From Eledone cirrhosa (Eukaryota), in contig OZ024747.1 of assembly GCA_964016885.1 (NCBI GenBank), positions 9,176,001 through 9,240,000 on the forward strand: DNA of 64,000 nt, given 5' to 3'. A program made the position numbers and the translations under genes. The notes under the pieces were generated by a model that was not told where the DNA came from, searched no databases, and saw nothing but the letters and a program-made list of their open reading frames with translations. This document shows, piece after piece, positions 50,805 to 64,000 of the stretch; the stretch's first letter is position 1, and every line of letters starts with the position of its first letter.

Positions 50805-51410
50805 TCAGGTCACCAGTTGGTGCTACTGGTAACATGTATCCCAGTACAACCTGTCTCATGGTCAGGTCGTTGGCGACTAAACTGGCAACCCCACCATGTT
50901 TCTTGGTGAGGAGGGTGACTTTGGACATCCTACAGGACTAAAAACAAAACTTGTCAAAGGGCAAAGGAGCTCTTAAGAGTCAATGTCCATCCAAAATCAC
51001 CGGGAGAGATGACCCATTAGCCTTTGTCAAGGCAGAATTCTAGGAGAAGGAAAACTCTGATATAACACCTGCAACCCTGATGGTATCCAATGATGTTGAC
51101 TTGTTCTTCTTTTTGGTAAATATCATCTTGGTTAAGAGAGTGGGACTGGCTTTGTGCAGTGCCTTTGCTCACTATAAAAGCTTCACGGCACAGGCATTGC
51201 TTTATATCTGGAGATCTCTCTGCACTTGTCGTCACATGGTACCATGGGCCCAGCACTATGTGTCAATAATTGTCACAAGTGTAGTGTTTGTACCAGAGTT
51301 TTCAAGTCGCTGGCTGGACTAAAAAGTCACACTTGTTCAGCGCATAGGTAGGGGTTCTCCTACATGAATATAAAGTAGCGGCCGTACTCGAAAACGAGTT
51401 GGCAGCCACC

Positions 51411-51443
<33 letters not shown>

Positions 51444-51482
51444 TGTATGTATGTATGTATGTATGTATGTATGTATGTATGT
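50805..51482 (+). mobile_element. Non-autonomous RTE-derived element (5' UTR-like part, C-terminal zinc-finger remnant, stem-loop, (TATG)n tail); second copy at 18903-19313
   Basis: Contains ctaggagaaggaaaactctga, [17 protein letters not shown] and the hairpin actcg-aaaa-cgagt. About 410 bp are near-identical to 18903-19313. Confidence 0.65.
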
Positions 51483-51870
51483 ATGCAAAAGTTCATGAAC
51501 TCCAACCACAGCCAGCTATTCCCAGTGAATGTTTTGGTTGCCGACTCTGTGCAAGACATTTTAGATCATTGGCTGGGCTAAAAAGCAACATTCGATCGCA
51601 GCGCTGTTAGTTGCTATCGTGTGTGTGTGTATAGATATGTTTATGTGTGTGCGTGTGTGTGTGTATATATATATGTATATTATTATTGTTGTTGTTGTCC
51701 TTATTATTATTGTTATTATTATTATTATTATTGTTATTAATATATGTGTATGTATATATATATGTGTATGTATGTATGTGTGTGTGTATATATATATATG
51801 TATATTTATATTTTTTTTCTCGTGCAATGGCCATACTCGATAACGAGGGGGCAGCCATTATGTATGTATG
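51482..51870 (+). mobile_element. RTE 3' end with zinc finger; inverted near-identical copy at 54680-55078
   Basis: [16 protein letters not shown], then microsatellites, a ctcg-ataa-cgag hairpin and a (TATG)n tail. Confidence 0.75.
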
Positions 51871-52089
51871 TATGTATGTATGTATGTATGTATGTATGTA
51901 TGTATGTATGTATGTATGTATGTATGTATGTTTGTATGTATGTATATATGTATGTATGTATGTTTGTATTATGTTTGTATGTATGTTTGTATTATGTTTG
52001 TATGTATGATTGTATGTATGTATGTATGTTTTGTATGTATGTTTGTATGTATGATTGTATGTATGTATGTTTGTATGTATATATGTTCG

Positions 52090-52121
<32 letters not shown>

Positions 52122-52265
52122 CATGTATGTATGTATGTATGTATGTTTGTATGTATGTTTGTATGTATGTATATATGTTTGTATGTATGTATGGATGTAT
52201 GTATGTATGTTTGTATGTATGTTTGTATGTATGTTTGTATGTATGTATGTATGTATGTATGTATG

Positions 52266-52299
<34 letters not shown>

Positions 52300-52420
52300 T
52301 GTATGTATGTATGTATGTATGTATGTATGTTTGTACGTATGATTGTATGTATGAATGTATGTATGTATGCATGCACATACACACTTACACACCCATACAT
52401 ATATATACATACATATGTAC

Positions 52421-52525
<105 letters not shown>

Positions 52526-52567
52526 CAAAATATTAATAAATGAATACGTTCACATAATCAAAATATA

Positions 52568-52633
52568 TGTTTTATTATATATATTTCGGAGGTACTGTGC
52601 TGTTTTTTCAGTACGACCTCATCAGATAAAATA
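52568..52633 (-). ncRNA. Minimal hammerhead ribozyme motif
   Basis: tattttat-CTGATGA-ggtcgtactg(loop)cagtacctcc-GAAA-tatata-TA-ataaaaca. Confidence 0.7.
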
Positions 52634-53164
52634 TATGAATTGATGTATGCCAATCCAGCACCCTATAATAATTGTTTCTACATTTGGCACAGGCCAGCAA
52701 TTAACCAGTGTATTACTGGTACTTTATTTTACCGACCTCCGTAAGGATGAAAGGCAAAGTTAACCTCGGCAGGATTTGAACTCAGATCATAAAGGGACGT
52801 AACTCTTTGATGCAAAGGATGGCGTCCGACCCTCTACCGATACTACCAATAATAATAATGATTTCTACTATAGGCACAAGGCCAGCACTTTAGGGAAAGG
52901 GAAAAGATGATTAACTCGATCTCAGTGCATTATGGTGCACCCCCCCCCCCATATATATATATACAATATATTAATAAAAGGAAACTATATTTATTTTATT
53001 ATTGGTGGCCCTTGAAATATGTATAATAAAATAAATATGGTTTTATAAATATAGTTTCCATTTATTAATATATTGTGTATTTACTCCACTAAATTGTTGA
53101 GTGCTTTATATCAGTTATACAATTTTTTAAGCTTGTTGAATCCCAACAAATTAAATATAACCTC

Positions 53165-53224
<60 letters not shown>

Positions 53225-53241
53225 TATATATATATATATGC

Positions 53242-53394
<153 letters not shown>

Positions 53395-53536
53395 CTATTT
53401 ATATATGCAAAAGTTTTATTTAAATTGTTGGGATACAACAAGCAAATATTTTTATAACTGATATAAAGCACTCGACAAATATTTGGAGTAGATCTACGAT
53501 ATTAATAAATGGAAACTATATTTATAAAACCATATT

Positions 53537-53601
53537 TATTTCATTATATATATTTCAAGGATACCAAGTTACATTATGGTATGCCTTCATCAGACAAAAT
53601 A
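53537..53601 (-). ncRNA. Minimal hammerhead ribozyme motif
   Basis: tattttgt-CTGATGA-aggcatacca(loop)tggtatcctt-GAAA-tatata-TA-atgaaata. Confidence 0.75.
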
Positions 53602-53691
53602 TAATATATAACAGTTTTATAAATAGACATTGACGTACCCCTTTAAAAATTGACCGTTGTTTTTGGAGGCCATCAGGACAGTATATATATT

Positions 53692-53724
<33 letters not shown>

Positions 53725-53738
53725 TTATATAGTATATA

Positions 53739-53834
<96 letters not shown>

Positions 53835-53835
53835 C

Positions 53836-53927
<92 letters not shown>

Positions 53928-53928
53928 G

Positions 53929-54077
<149 letters not shown>

Positions 54078-54132
54078 TATATAAAATATATATATAAATA
54101 TATATGTATATATATATATATATATATACATA

Positions 54133-54195
<63 letters not shown>

Positions 54196-54196
54196 C

Positions 54197-54284
<88 letters not shown>

Positions 54285-54302
54285 GTATATATATATATAA
54301 AC

Positions 54303-54447
<145 letters not shown>

Positions 54448-57400
54448 CATCCATCCATACAATCCACCTCAGCTTGGATTTGTGGAGAAAGAAGGCAGCT
54501 TCTTAATTATGAATTACAGTAGACCACGATACCTGGGACCTTGAAAATCTGTAAAATATTCTTACAATTCAAAGGATGAACGATTGCACAAAGAACGACA
54601 AAAACTTCCTTTTCTTTACAACCTTGCCACTGGGAAGATGGCCGGTCAAAAATAAACTCAAAATTGAGAGAGGTTTCATACATACATGATGGCTGCCCCC
54701 TCGTTATTGAGTATGGCCATTGCACGAGAAAAAAAAAAATATATATACATACATATATATACATACACATACATACATACATATATATATATACACACAC
54801 ATATATTAATAACAATAATAATAATAATAACAACAACAATAATAATAACGACAACAACAACAATAATAATATACATATACATATATATATATATATACAC
54901 ACACGTACACACATAAACATATCTATACACACACACACACACGATAGCAAGTAACAGCGCTGCGATCGTATGTGGCTTTTTAGCCCAGCCAATGATCTAA
55001 AATGTCTTGCACAGAGACGGCAACCAAAACATTCACTGGGAATAGTCGGCTGCGGTTGGAGTTCATGAACTTTTGCATACATACATACATACATACATAC
55101 ATACATACATACATACATACATACATACATACATACATGCTGCATGGATGCATATATACATACGTACATACATTCATTCATACATACATACATTCATTCA
55201 TACAAACATATATACATACATGGATGCATACATACATGCATACATTCATTCATACAAACATACATACACACATACACACATACATACATACATACAAACA
55301 CACACACACACATATATATATATATACACATACATATACTTAGGTTAATAGGAGTTAGGTATTGTATACCCGTGTCCCATTAAGGTATTGGCAGCATAAT
55401 AATTAGCTCTATGCTTTGGAGTATACATACATATATACATTCATACAAACATACACACATATACATATACATACATATACATACATATACATACATGCAT
55501 ACATACTTACATAAATACATACATACATTCATACAAACATGCATACATATACATATACATACATACATACAAACATACATAAATTCAAGGGTACAATAGT
55601 AATTTCTGCGGTTCTCCAGTTTCGTCATATTTCATGTGTGTCTGTCTAAATATATACAAAAACACTCTCTCAAACCATATCAGTGTTCCTGCCACCTTTC
55701 ACCACCAGACAACAAAAAAAAAAAGCCGTCTCGTTATTCATCTTCCACATTCTCCGCCATCTTACTCCAGTTTATTACATTGCTTCCGTCTTCTGTTGAA
55801 TTTAACTCGATGGAAAACAATTATTGTCCAGTTTGGTAACATTATATATTTCAATAAAACATCTTTGCCATATCTTATTACGGACATTTGTATTTGCAGA
55901 CTGACCAAATATGGTGGTGAGTGGAGATAAACGACAAATCGTCTGCTTAAATGTCTTATAGCTGTTCGCTCCAGTAGACCTTAAGTTTTGATACAGATCA
56001 CACAAAAGTAATTGTTTCTAATAAGGAAACAGTGTTAGAAATTTGGAGTGAAGTGTCAGTCGATTAAATAGACTCCAGTATTTGACTGGTACTTATTTTA
56101 TCGGAACACGCAAAAATAATGGCTTTTGATTTAGGCACAAGGCCAACAATTTTATGGGAGGGGAAAGTCGATTAAATCGACCCCAGTGCATTACTGGTGC
56201 TTTATTTATCGATTCCGTAAGGATGAATGGCAAAGCTAACCCCGGCGGAATTTGAACTCAGACCGTAAAGAACCGTAACTTTACGTTCTGAGTTCAAATC
56301 CCGCCTTACGGAGCAAAATAATGATTACTTTTTCCATTGGCTACGATGAGAAATATGTAGAACAGAGAGAGATATAGTGGTCTGAATCGACACTAGTATA
56401 TTACTGGTACTTGTGGACGCAAATATGGCTGAAAGGTTAAGAAGTTCGCTCCGCAATCACGTGGTCCCGGGTTTGCTTCCACTGCGGGTGTTACCATAGC
56501 CACGCGTTGATATAAGCTTGTGATTAAAATTTGGTAGGCGGAAACTGTGTGGAAGCCTATCGGATGGATTCTACCTATAATTCAAAAGTTCCATAATTGC
56601 ATTTCTGTGTATGTGTTTCTGTGGAGGAATACTCAACCACTAAATATCACAAGGAAGGTTGTTTTACATTCTACTCTTTCTTCCAGCATTTAAGTCCTTG
56701 AAAACATCCTTAAAACGACAGCTCACTTGTGGGGGTGGATTCTCCGTTGTCCCCGACGATGAGCATCCCTGTTCAACAGTCTAGTGACTGAAACCAGTAA
56801 AAGAATATAAATTGGAGAATGTCACCTATTCGCTGAGTTTACTGAAACAATGCTTCACATTTGTCCAGTTCTTTGTGTTGTGAGCTCAAATCCCGCCGAG
56901 TTCAACTTTGCTTTTCACTCTTTCAAGGTCGATAAAATAAATTACCAGTTAAATCTAGAATAATAGATTGGTGGGATTGCTAGAGCGTTGGACGAGATAC
57001 CTTGCGGTTTTTGTTTTAGTTATTTGCTTTCAACATTATTTTACGTCTTATATGGTCTGAGTTCAAATCCCACCGAGGTTGACTCTGCCTTTCATTCTTA
57101 CGGGGTCGATAAAATAAAGTATCAGTAATGTACTGGGATAATTTGCTGGCCTTATGCCAAAAGTAGAAACAATTATTTTAGTCTTATATGTAATTATTAT
57201 GCACGATTAATGTTCATAATATTCACATATTTTGCACAATATATACACATGAAATGATAAAGTTTTATCTGTATAAATACAAATTGTATAACCTAGACTG
57301 CAACAATTTACAAGGACCTTCGTATTTTCTGGCATGTTTATATGACTAAATATTAAATTGTTTATTATTTTTATGTAACTTTATCCTAGGAATATATTGA

Positions 57401-58526
57401 ATATATTTGAGTATTTTGAAATAAAATAATTTTTCATTGAAATAAAAAAAAAATATATGAAAACAGATAAGATCAAAACTACAGACATATAAGTTGTTTA
57501 CTTACATTTTACAAAAACCTTACATCTACTATCTATAACAGACTGTCTGATCGTCTGAGAAAACAATAGTATGGCTTTAAAGAACAGCTACTAGTGAATA
57601 GAAAATAGAAAGAAGTAAATTTATAGAGACGGTCTGAGTTCAAATTCCGCCGAGGTTCACTTTGCCTTTCATCCTTATTGGATCGATAAAATAAAGTACC
57701 AGTAATGTACTGGGTAATTGCTGGCCTTGTGCCAAATGTAGAAACAATTATATAATTTACTTAATCAATTTAAAGGTCCGTATAGAGCCCGTATAGGGGA
57801 AGTATTGAGTGATTCTTATAGTTGAGAAATAAAAAGAAACAAGATGATTCTATCTAGTTTCTTTTTTTTATGATGGCGATGAATATTTTGGTGATGGTGA
57901 TGATGGTGGTAGAGCGGGGTGGTAGTGAGGATGGTAGTGGTAGTGGTGGTGGGGATGGTAGTGGTTGTGACGATGGTAGTGGCGGAGATGGTGTGTTGGT
58001 GGTGGTGGGGATGGTAGTGGTGGAGGAGATGGTAATGGTGGTGAGGATGGTAGTGGTGATGGGCATGGTGGTGGTGGTGGTGGTTTGTGGGGATGGTAGT
58101 GGTGGAGGGGATGGTAGTGGTTGTGGTTAGGACGGTAGTGGTGGTGGTAGGGATGGTAGTGGTGGAGGAGATGGTAGTGGTGGTAGAGATGGTAGTGCTG
58201 GTGGTGGGGAGGATGAAGACGATTTAAAGCGGGAAGCCCTCGGCAAGTTGGAAACGAATGCAACGTCCCCCAAGCTAGGAATCCGGACTGTTATCCACTC
58301 GGACCATAACGACCCCCTAAACTGTAGTAAAACAGCAACAACAACAAACAATAAGGGTTCCTATATAGTTTTAATCTGAACAGTTGTCTTGCCGCCATTT
58401 TAGGTCACGTGTATCATTGACTGTTATCAATTGTTCAATGTTGGCAAGTGGCAATTCAACATATTTCCATGTCACAACACATCTGCCTGCCGTCCTGCCT
58501 GCTTGACCGTCTGTCTCATTACTGGC

Positions 58527-58594
<68 letters not shown>

Positions 58595-58698
58595 TTAAAT
58601 TGCATTTGTGATAATATTTTACACGTTTTTATTGTATCTAAACTTCCCCCTTTGTATTTGTCCCCTTCTTTTGTGTCCCTGTGGCTAATAAAGAAACA

Positions 58699-58741
<43 letters not shown>

Positions 58742-58849
58742 GTACGTATACATGCATGCATGCATGTATGTATGTATGTATGTATATATGTATGTCTGTA
58801 TGTATGTCTGTCTGTATGTATGTATGTATGTATGTATGTATGTACGTAC

Positions 58850-58902
<53 letters not shown>

Positions 58903-59023
58903 TGCATATGTATGTATATACGCATGTATATATGTGTGTGTGTACGTGCACATAAGTATGCATGTATACATATATGTATGTATATATGTATGTATGAATG
59001 CCTGTATGTGTAAGTGAGTGAAT

Positions 59024-59093
<70 letters not shown>

Positions 59094-59387
59094 CTCTCGC
59101 TCTATTTGCCGATCTATCTAACAATCTATTTAACTAACTATAAGCGAAAATTGGACAGATTAAATATTTAAAAAAAATACATACAACAACAACAACAACA
59201 ACAACAACAACACCAACAACAACACCAACAACAACAACAGCAACAAAAATAACAACAACAGCAACAAAAATAACAACAACAGCAACACAAATAACAACAG
59301 TTACTGCCTCTGAAAAGATTTAACGCAAGTTTGACTGGGAACAAACGTTCCATCTTTACCTCCTCTATTAGACCTTCCTCACTTCTT

Positions 59388-59447
<60 letters not shown>

Positions 59448-60169
59448 CTCTCTCTCTTCTCTTTCTCTTTCTCACTCTCTTCCCTTTCTCTCTTTCTCTT
59501 CCCATCCTCTCTCTCTTCCCTTTCTCTCTCTCTTCCCTTCCTCTCTCTCTTCCTTTTCTCTCTCTCTTCTTTGTCTCTCTCTTTCCTTTCTCTCTCTTGC
59601 TTTTCTCTCTCTCTTCCTTCCCTTTCTCTTCCCTTTCTCTTTCTTTCTTCCCTCGCTCTCTCTTCTCCCTCTCTCTTTCCACATAAAACAAACAAACAAC
59701 AACAACACAACAGCCAACAACAGTAAGATTCTGTTAATGTCGCTGGAAGAGAGGATAAACGATATAAATAAGTATATAAATGGAGAGAAGTGGGGCGGTT
59801 TGTGGCCATTTGTGGGCGAACAGGGAGGCTGGATATATCCACCTTGAGACACAGTCGAGTGGACGATACTAAGAGGTGACACACGCCAATGCTTCGCTCT
59901 CCTTTCTTGCCACCAAACCTCTTACCTCACCTCCTTCACATCTCTTTCTCTTCCCACCCCTCCCAGTCACGTGATCATGCTACCATGTTGCAAGTGACGC
60001 CGAAATCGTTCATGTCCCAACTTTCGTAAGATCCCAGATTAGAATTAGAATTTACCCCATAGGAACGATCGACTTTCGTCAAATCGGACCGAGGGAACAA
60101 TGTTTCCGTTGGTCTTTCCAATTGCTAATACTATCTGTCGGTCGCAAGTCCAGGTAGAAGGAGCAACGT

Positions 60170-60574
60170 GAAATAAAGTGTCTTGCTCAAGCTCATAACG
60201 CATCGCCTGGTCCAGGAATCGAACTCACAACCTTACGATTGCGAATCCAATTCTCTAACCACTCAGCCACACGCCTATATATATATATGACTTCGGAAGG
60301 TCATGAGTTCGAATCTCGGCGGCGCGTTGAGTCCTAGAGCAAGACTCTTTATTTTACGTTGCACCAGTCCACTCAGCTGGCAAAAAGGAGTTGTACCTGT
60401 AATTCGAAGGGCCAGCCTCGTCACTTTCTGTGTCACACTGAATCTCCCCGAGAACTACGTTAAGGATACACTTGTCTGTAGAATGCTCAGCCACTTCCAA
60501 GTTAATTTTTCACGTGCAGGCTGCTCCGTTGATCGACTCAACTGGAACACTCGTTGTCGAAACCGACGGAGTGC

Positions 60575-60575
<1 letters not shown>
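60170..60575. mobile_element. Other tRNA-derived SINEs (minus 60170-60275, plus 60290-60575); similar at 4360-4450, 18290-18490 and 56415-56560
   Basis: gtggctgagtggtta A-box and gagttcga B-box followed by a ttgagcaagacac-type motif. Confidence 0.6.
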
Positions 60576-60665
<90 letters not shown>

Positions 60666-60718
60666 AAAAGAGTCAGAACCCCGGCGGCTGAGCTCCGGCC
60701 GTTTCGACAGCTAGATTA

Positions 60719-60758
<40 letters not shown>

Positions 60759-61050
60759 CACACACACACGCACCCCCCCCCACACACACACACATATACA
60801 TGTAGGAGGAATGAAAAAGAATGGAAAGAAGAAGGCAGAGAATGTGGTTAGATGTCAATAAAACCACAACTGTGTTGTTAGGAGAGAGAATAAGAGAAAC
60901 AACAGATTAATACAAACACACACACATACACATATATACATACACATACATACACATATATACTGTAAGTGAGTGTATGTATAAGTTAGTGTGTAATGCA
61001 TTTTTATGTTAAGAAGTGTATGCTTATGTATGAATATGTATATGTACACA

Positions 61051-61102
<52 letters not shown>

Positions 61103-61323
61103 CATATATACGTAGATAGATAGGTAGGTAGATAGATTATACAAATATATATATATTTATACATATTCACATGCATATATGCATGCACATATATACAAAT
61201 ACATAGGATATATGCACATATACATGCATACATATACGCACAGACACATACATACATAATCATACACACTCATATACATACATACACATACATTCACGCA
61301 CAGAGATACAAAGAGATGCACAC

Positions 61324-61369
<46 letters not shown>

Positions 61370-62114
61370 ACACACACTCACATACACATTCTCTCTCGCG
61401 TACACACGCATACAAAATAGTTGGAAGTGGTAACGCAAAGAAGAAAAAAATAGATATATTCTAGAAAATGCTAAAGAAATGAAAAGACGAAATCACAGAA
61501 AACAACAACAACTACTTCAATAATAACGACAACAACAGCAGAATTAAGCTGCACAGAAAGAGCAATTGAGGCGTTAAGGGGCAAGAAAAACCATATGTCG
61601 CCATTTTTAATCAAGGAATGTAACAGTGACTAGACCAAGTGGTGGCGTTAGTGTAAGACAGCAGGACGGCGAACGACCATTTTGTTGAGCGTTGTCGTCT
61701 GGTTGAAAAGATGTTAATGCAAAAGAACGAAAGAAGAGTGGAAAGGATTAATTAATGGATTAACAATCTGAATAAAAAAGAAGGATTACAAAGAGATTTG
61801 GCCACCTTATCGAATTAAAGTTCCTTATATTCTCTATTTAAGCAGCAAAATGGTCGTCGCTGCGTCGATGTTATCGACATTGTTGTTGTTGTTGTTGATG
61901 ATGATAGTGGTGATGATGGTAGTGGTGGTGGTGGTGGTTGTGTTAATATTGGTGATATTGCTGTTATTGTTGTACGTTGATGTTGATGGTGGTGGTGGCG
62001 GTAGTGGTGGTGGTGGTGGTGGTAGTGATGGTGGTGGTGGTGGTGGTGGTGGTTGTGTTAATATTGGTGATATTGCTGTTATTGTTGTAGTTAGCTGTTG
62101 TGCAATGATGTTGC

Positions 62115-62154
<40 letters not shown>

Positions 62155-62484
62155 GCAGATATTGTTGTTGCAGATATTGTTGTTGTTGCTGTTATTGTTG
62201 TTGTTGCTGTTATCGTTGTTGTTTAGCCCCAGACCAGTTCTGATAGAACAAATCAATAATCAATAATGGTCTTTGTTGAGAGGCAGAAACAATGAAATGT
62301 TGCAGTATTCAGTTTAGTTTCTTAACGTAGAGAGTTCCGAGTTCAAATCCCTGAAAGGTTCACTCTGTACTTTGTACTATCCTTCCAAATAAAATAACAA
62401 GCTTAATAGTACAAGGGAAATACTGTGAGGACTGGATCGGATACGTCCCCGAAATTCCTGGCCTTGAACCAATTAGAAATCAAT

Positions 62485-62559
<75 letters not shown>

Positions 62560-62762
62560 TTGATGAGGATGATCCGCATCATCATCATTAACATAATCAT
62601 CACCGCCGCCGCCGCCATCTTCCTCCTCCTTCCTCTCCAATTCACTTCCTTTCCTCCTCCTCCTCCTCCTCCTCCTCCTCCTCCTCCTCCTCATCATCAT
62701 CATCATCATCATCATCTTCGTTTTTAATAAGATTTTTTCTCACGATCACCAGTTACGAGACA

Positions 62763-63099
<337 letters not shown>

Positions 63100-63108
63100 C
63101 ACACATAC

Positions 63109-63140
<32 letters not shown>

Positions 63141-63241
63141 TTATCCCCACACACATATACATATATATATATATATATATACATACATATATCTATCTAT
63201 CTATATACATATATATATATATATATACATACATATATCTA

Positions 63242-63283
<42 letters not shown>

Positions 63284-63325
63284 TTAGAGAGCTACGTTTC
63301 ACTTTTAAATCTAGTAATCAACAAA

Positions 63326-63505
<180 letters not shown>

Positions 63506-63517
63506 TATATATATATA

Positions 63518-63554
<37 letters not shown>

Positions 63555-63702
63555 TCGGTATAGATGCTTTCACCCATAATTGGAAATGTTAGCTTTTACT
63601 CAATTTTGCTGTCTGAAGAAATCACGATATCTATTGCCATGGAAATATGTATAACGGCTCAATTAATAAAATACTCTAACATCCACAACATCACTTTTTC
63701 CT

Positions 63703-63768
<66 letters not shown>

Positions 63769-63809
63769 ATAATATTAATAAATGTAAAATATCTTTATAA
63801 AACCATATT

Positions 63810-63870
63810 TATTTTATTATACGTATTTCAAGGGTACTAATATTTTAGTACGCTTTCGTCAGATAAAATA
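63810..63870 (-). ncRNA. Minimal hammerhead ribozyme motif
   Basis: tattttat-CTGACGA-aagcgtactaa(aata)ttagtaccctt-GAAA-tacgta-TA-ataaaata: perfect 8-bp stem I and palindromic ATACGTAT stem III. Confidence 0.78.
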
Positions 63871-64000
63871 TAATATTTGGTGTTAAGATAGTGACATATA
63901 TTCATGTGAACTTAATGTTAAAAGTTCATTCAAGATAGTCATATATATATATATATATATAGGAAAAAGTATGACCCCGACGGCAGAGCACAAGCCGTCA

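Noticed and set aside
50404-50928. 174-aa ORF as a gene
   Set aside because: It is chimeric: the C-terminal part is an R4-like endonuclease remnant and the N-terminus is the antisense of another element.
55560-55628. MTKLENRRNYYCTLEF as an alternative first DNAAF9 exon
   Set aside because: The donor comes from a (TATG)n repeat, and the exon at 35108-35130 fits the homology and X-box position better.
58291-58398. 35-aa ORF MAARQLFRLK... with a hydrophobic stretch (minus strand)
   Set aside because: Early stop, no clear donor and no recognisable homology. The ATG is part of a YY1-like motif and the leucine run comes from (TTG)n.

Overview
AT-rich, microsatellite- and minisatellite-saturated eukaryotic DNA, most likely from an octopus or other coleoid cephalopod (inferred from the SINE/RTE repertoire, not proven). 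Almost all ORFs in the supplied track are repeat artefacts. The 5' part of a spliced gene, DNAAF9 (C20orf194), is hidden on the minus strand. It has 14 phase-compatible GT-AG coding exons of 23-125 nt between 35130 (ATG) and 1129, about 325 codons, and the gene is incomplete here. An RFX X-box lies about 150 bp upstream of the ATG. Its introns carry many different minisatellites; some abut or copy splice junctions and some are amplified from retroelement sequence. The rest is transposon debris: RTE, CR1, R4-like and Penelope retroelements, MetaSINE-type SINEs, a hAT element with TIRs and an 8-bp TSD, a Helitron-like element and MITEs. The most striking unannotated signal is six complete minimal type-I hammerhead ribozyme motifs, plus degenerate ones, with covarying stem II and palindromic stem III. 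They sit in short non-coding Penelope-like elements that form foldback and inverted structures. All calls were read by eye; no database searches were run.
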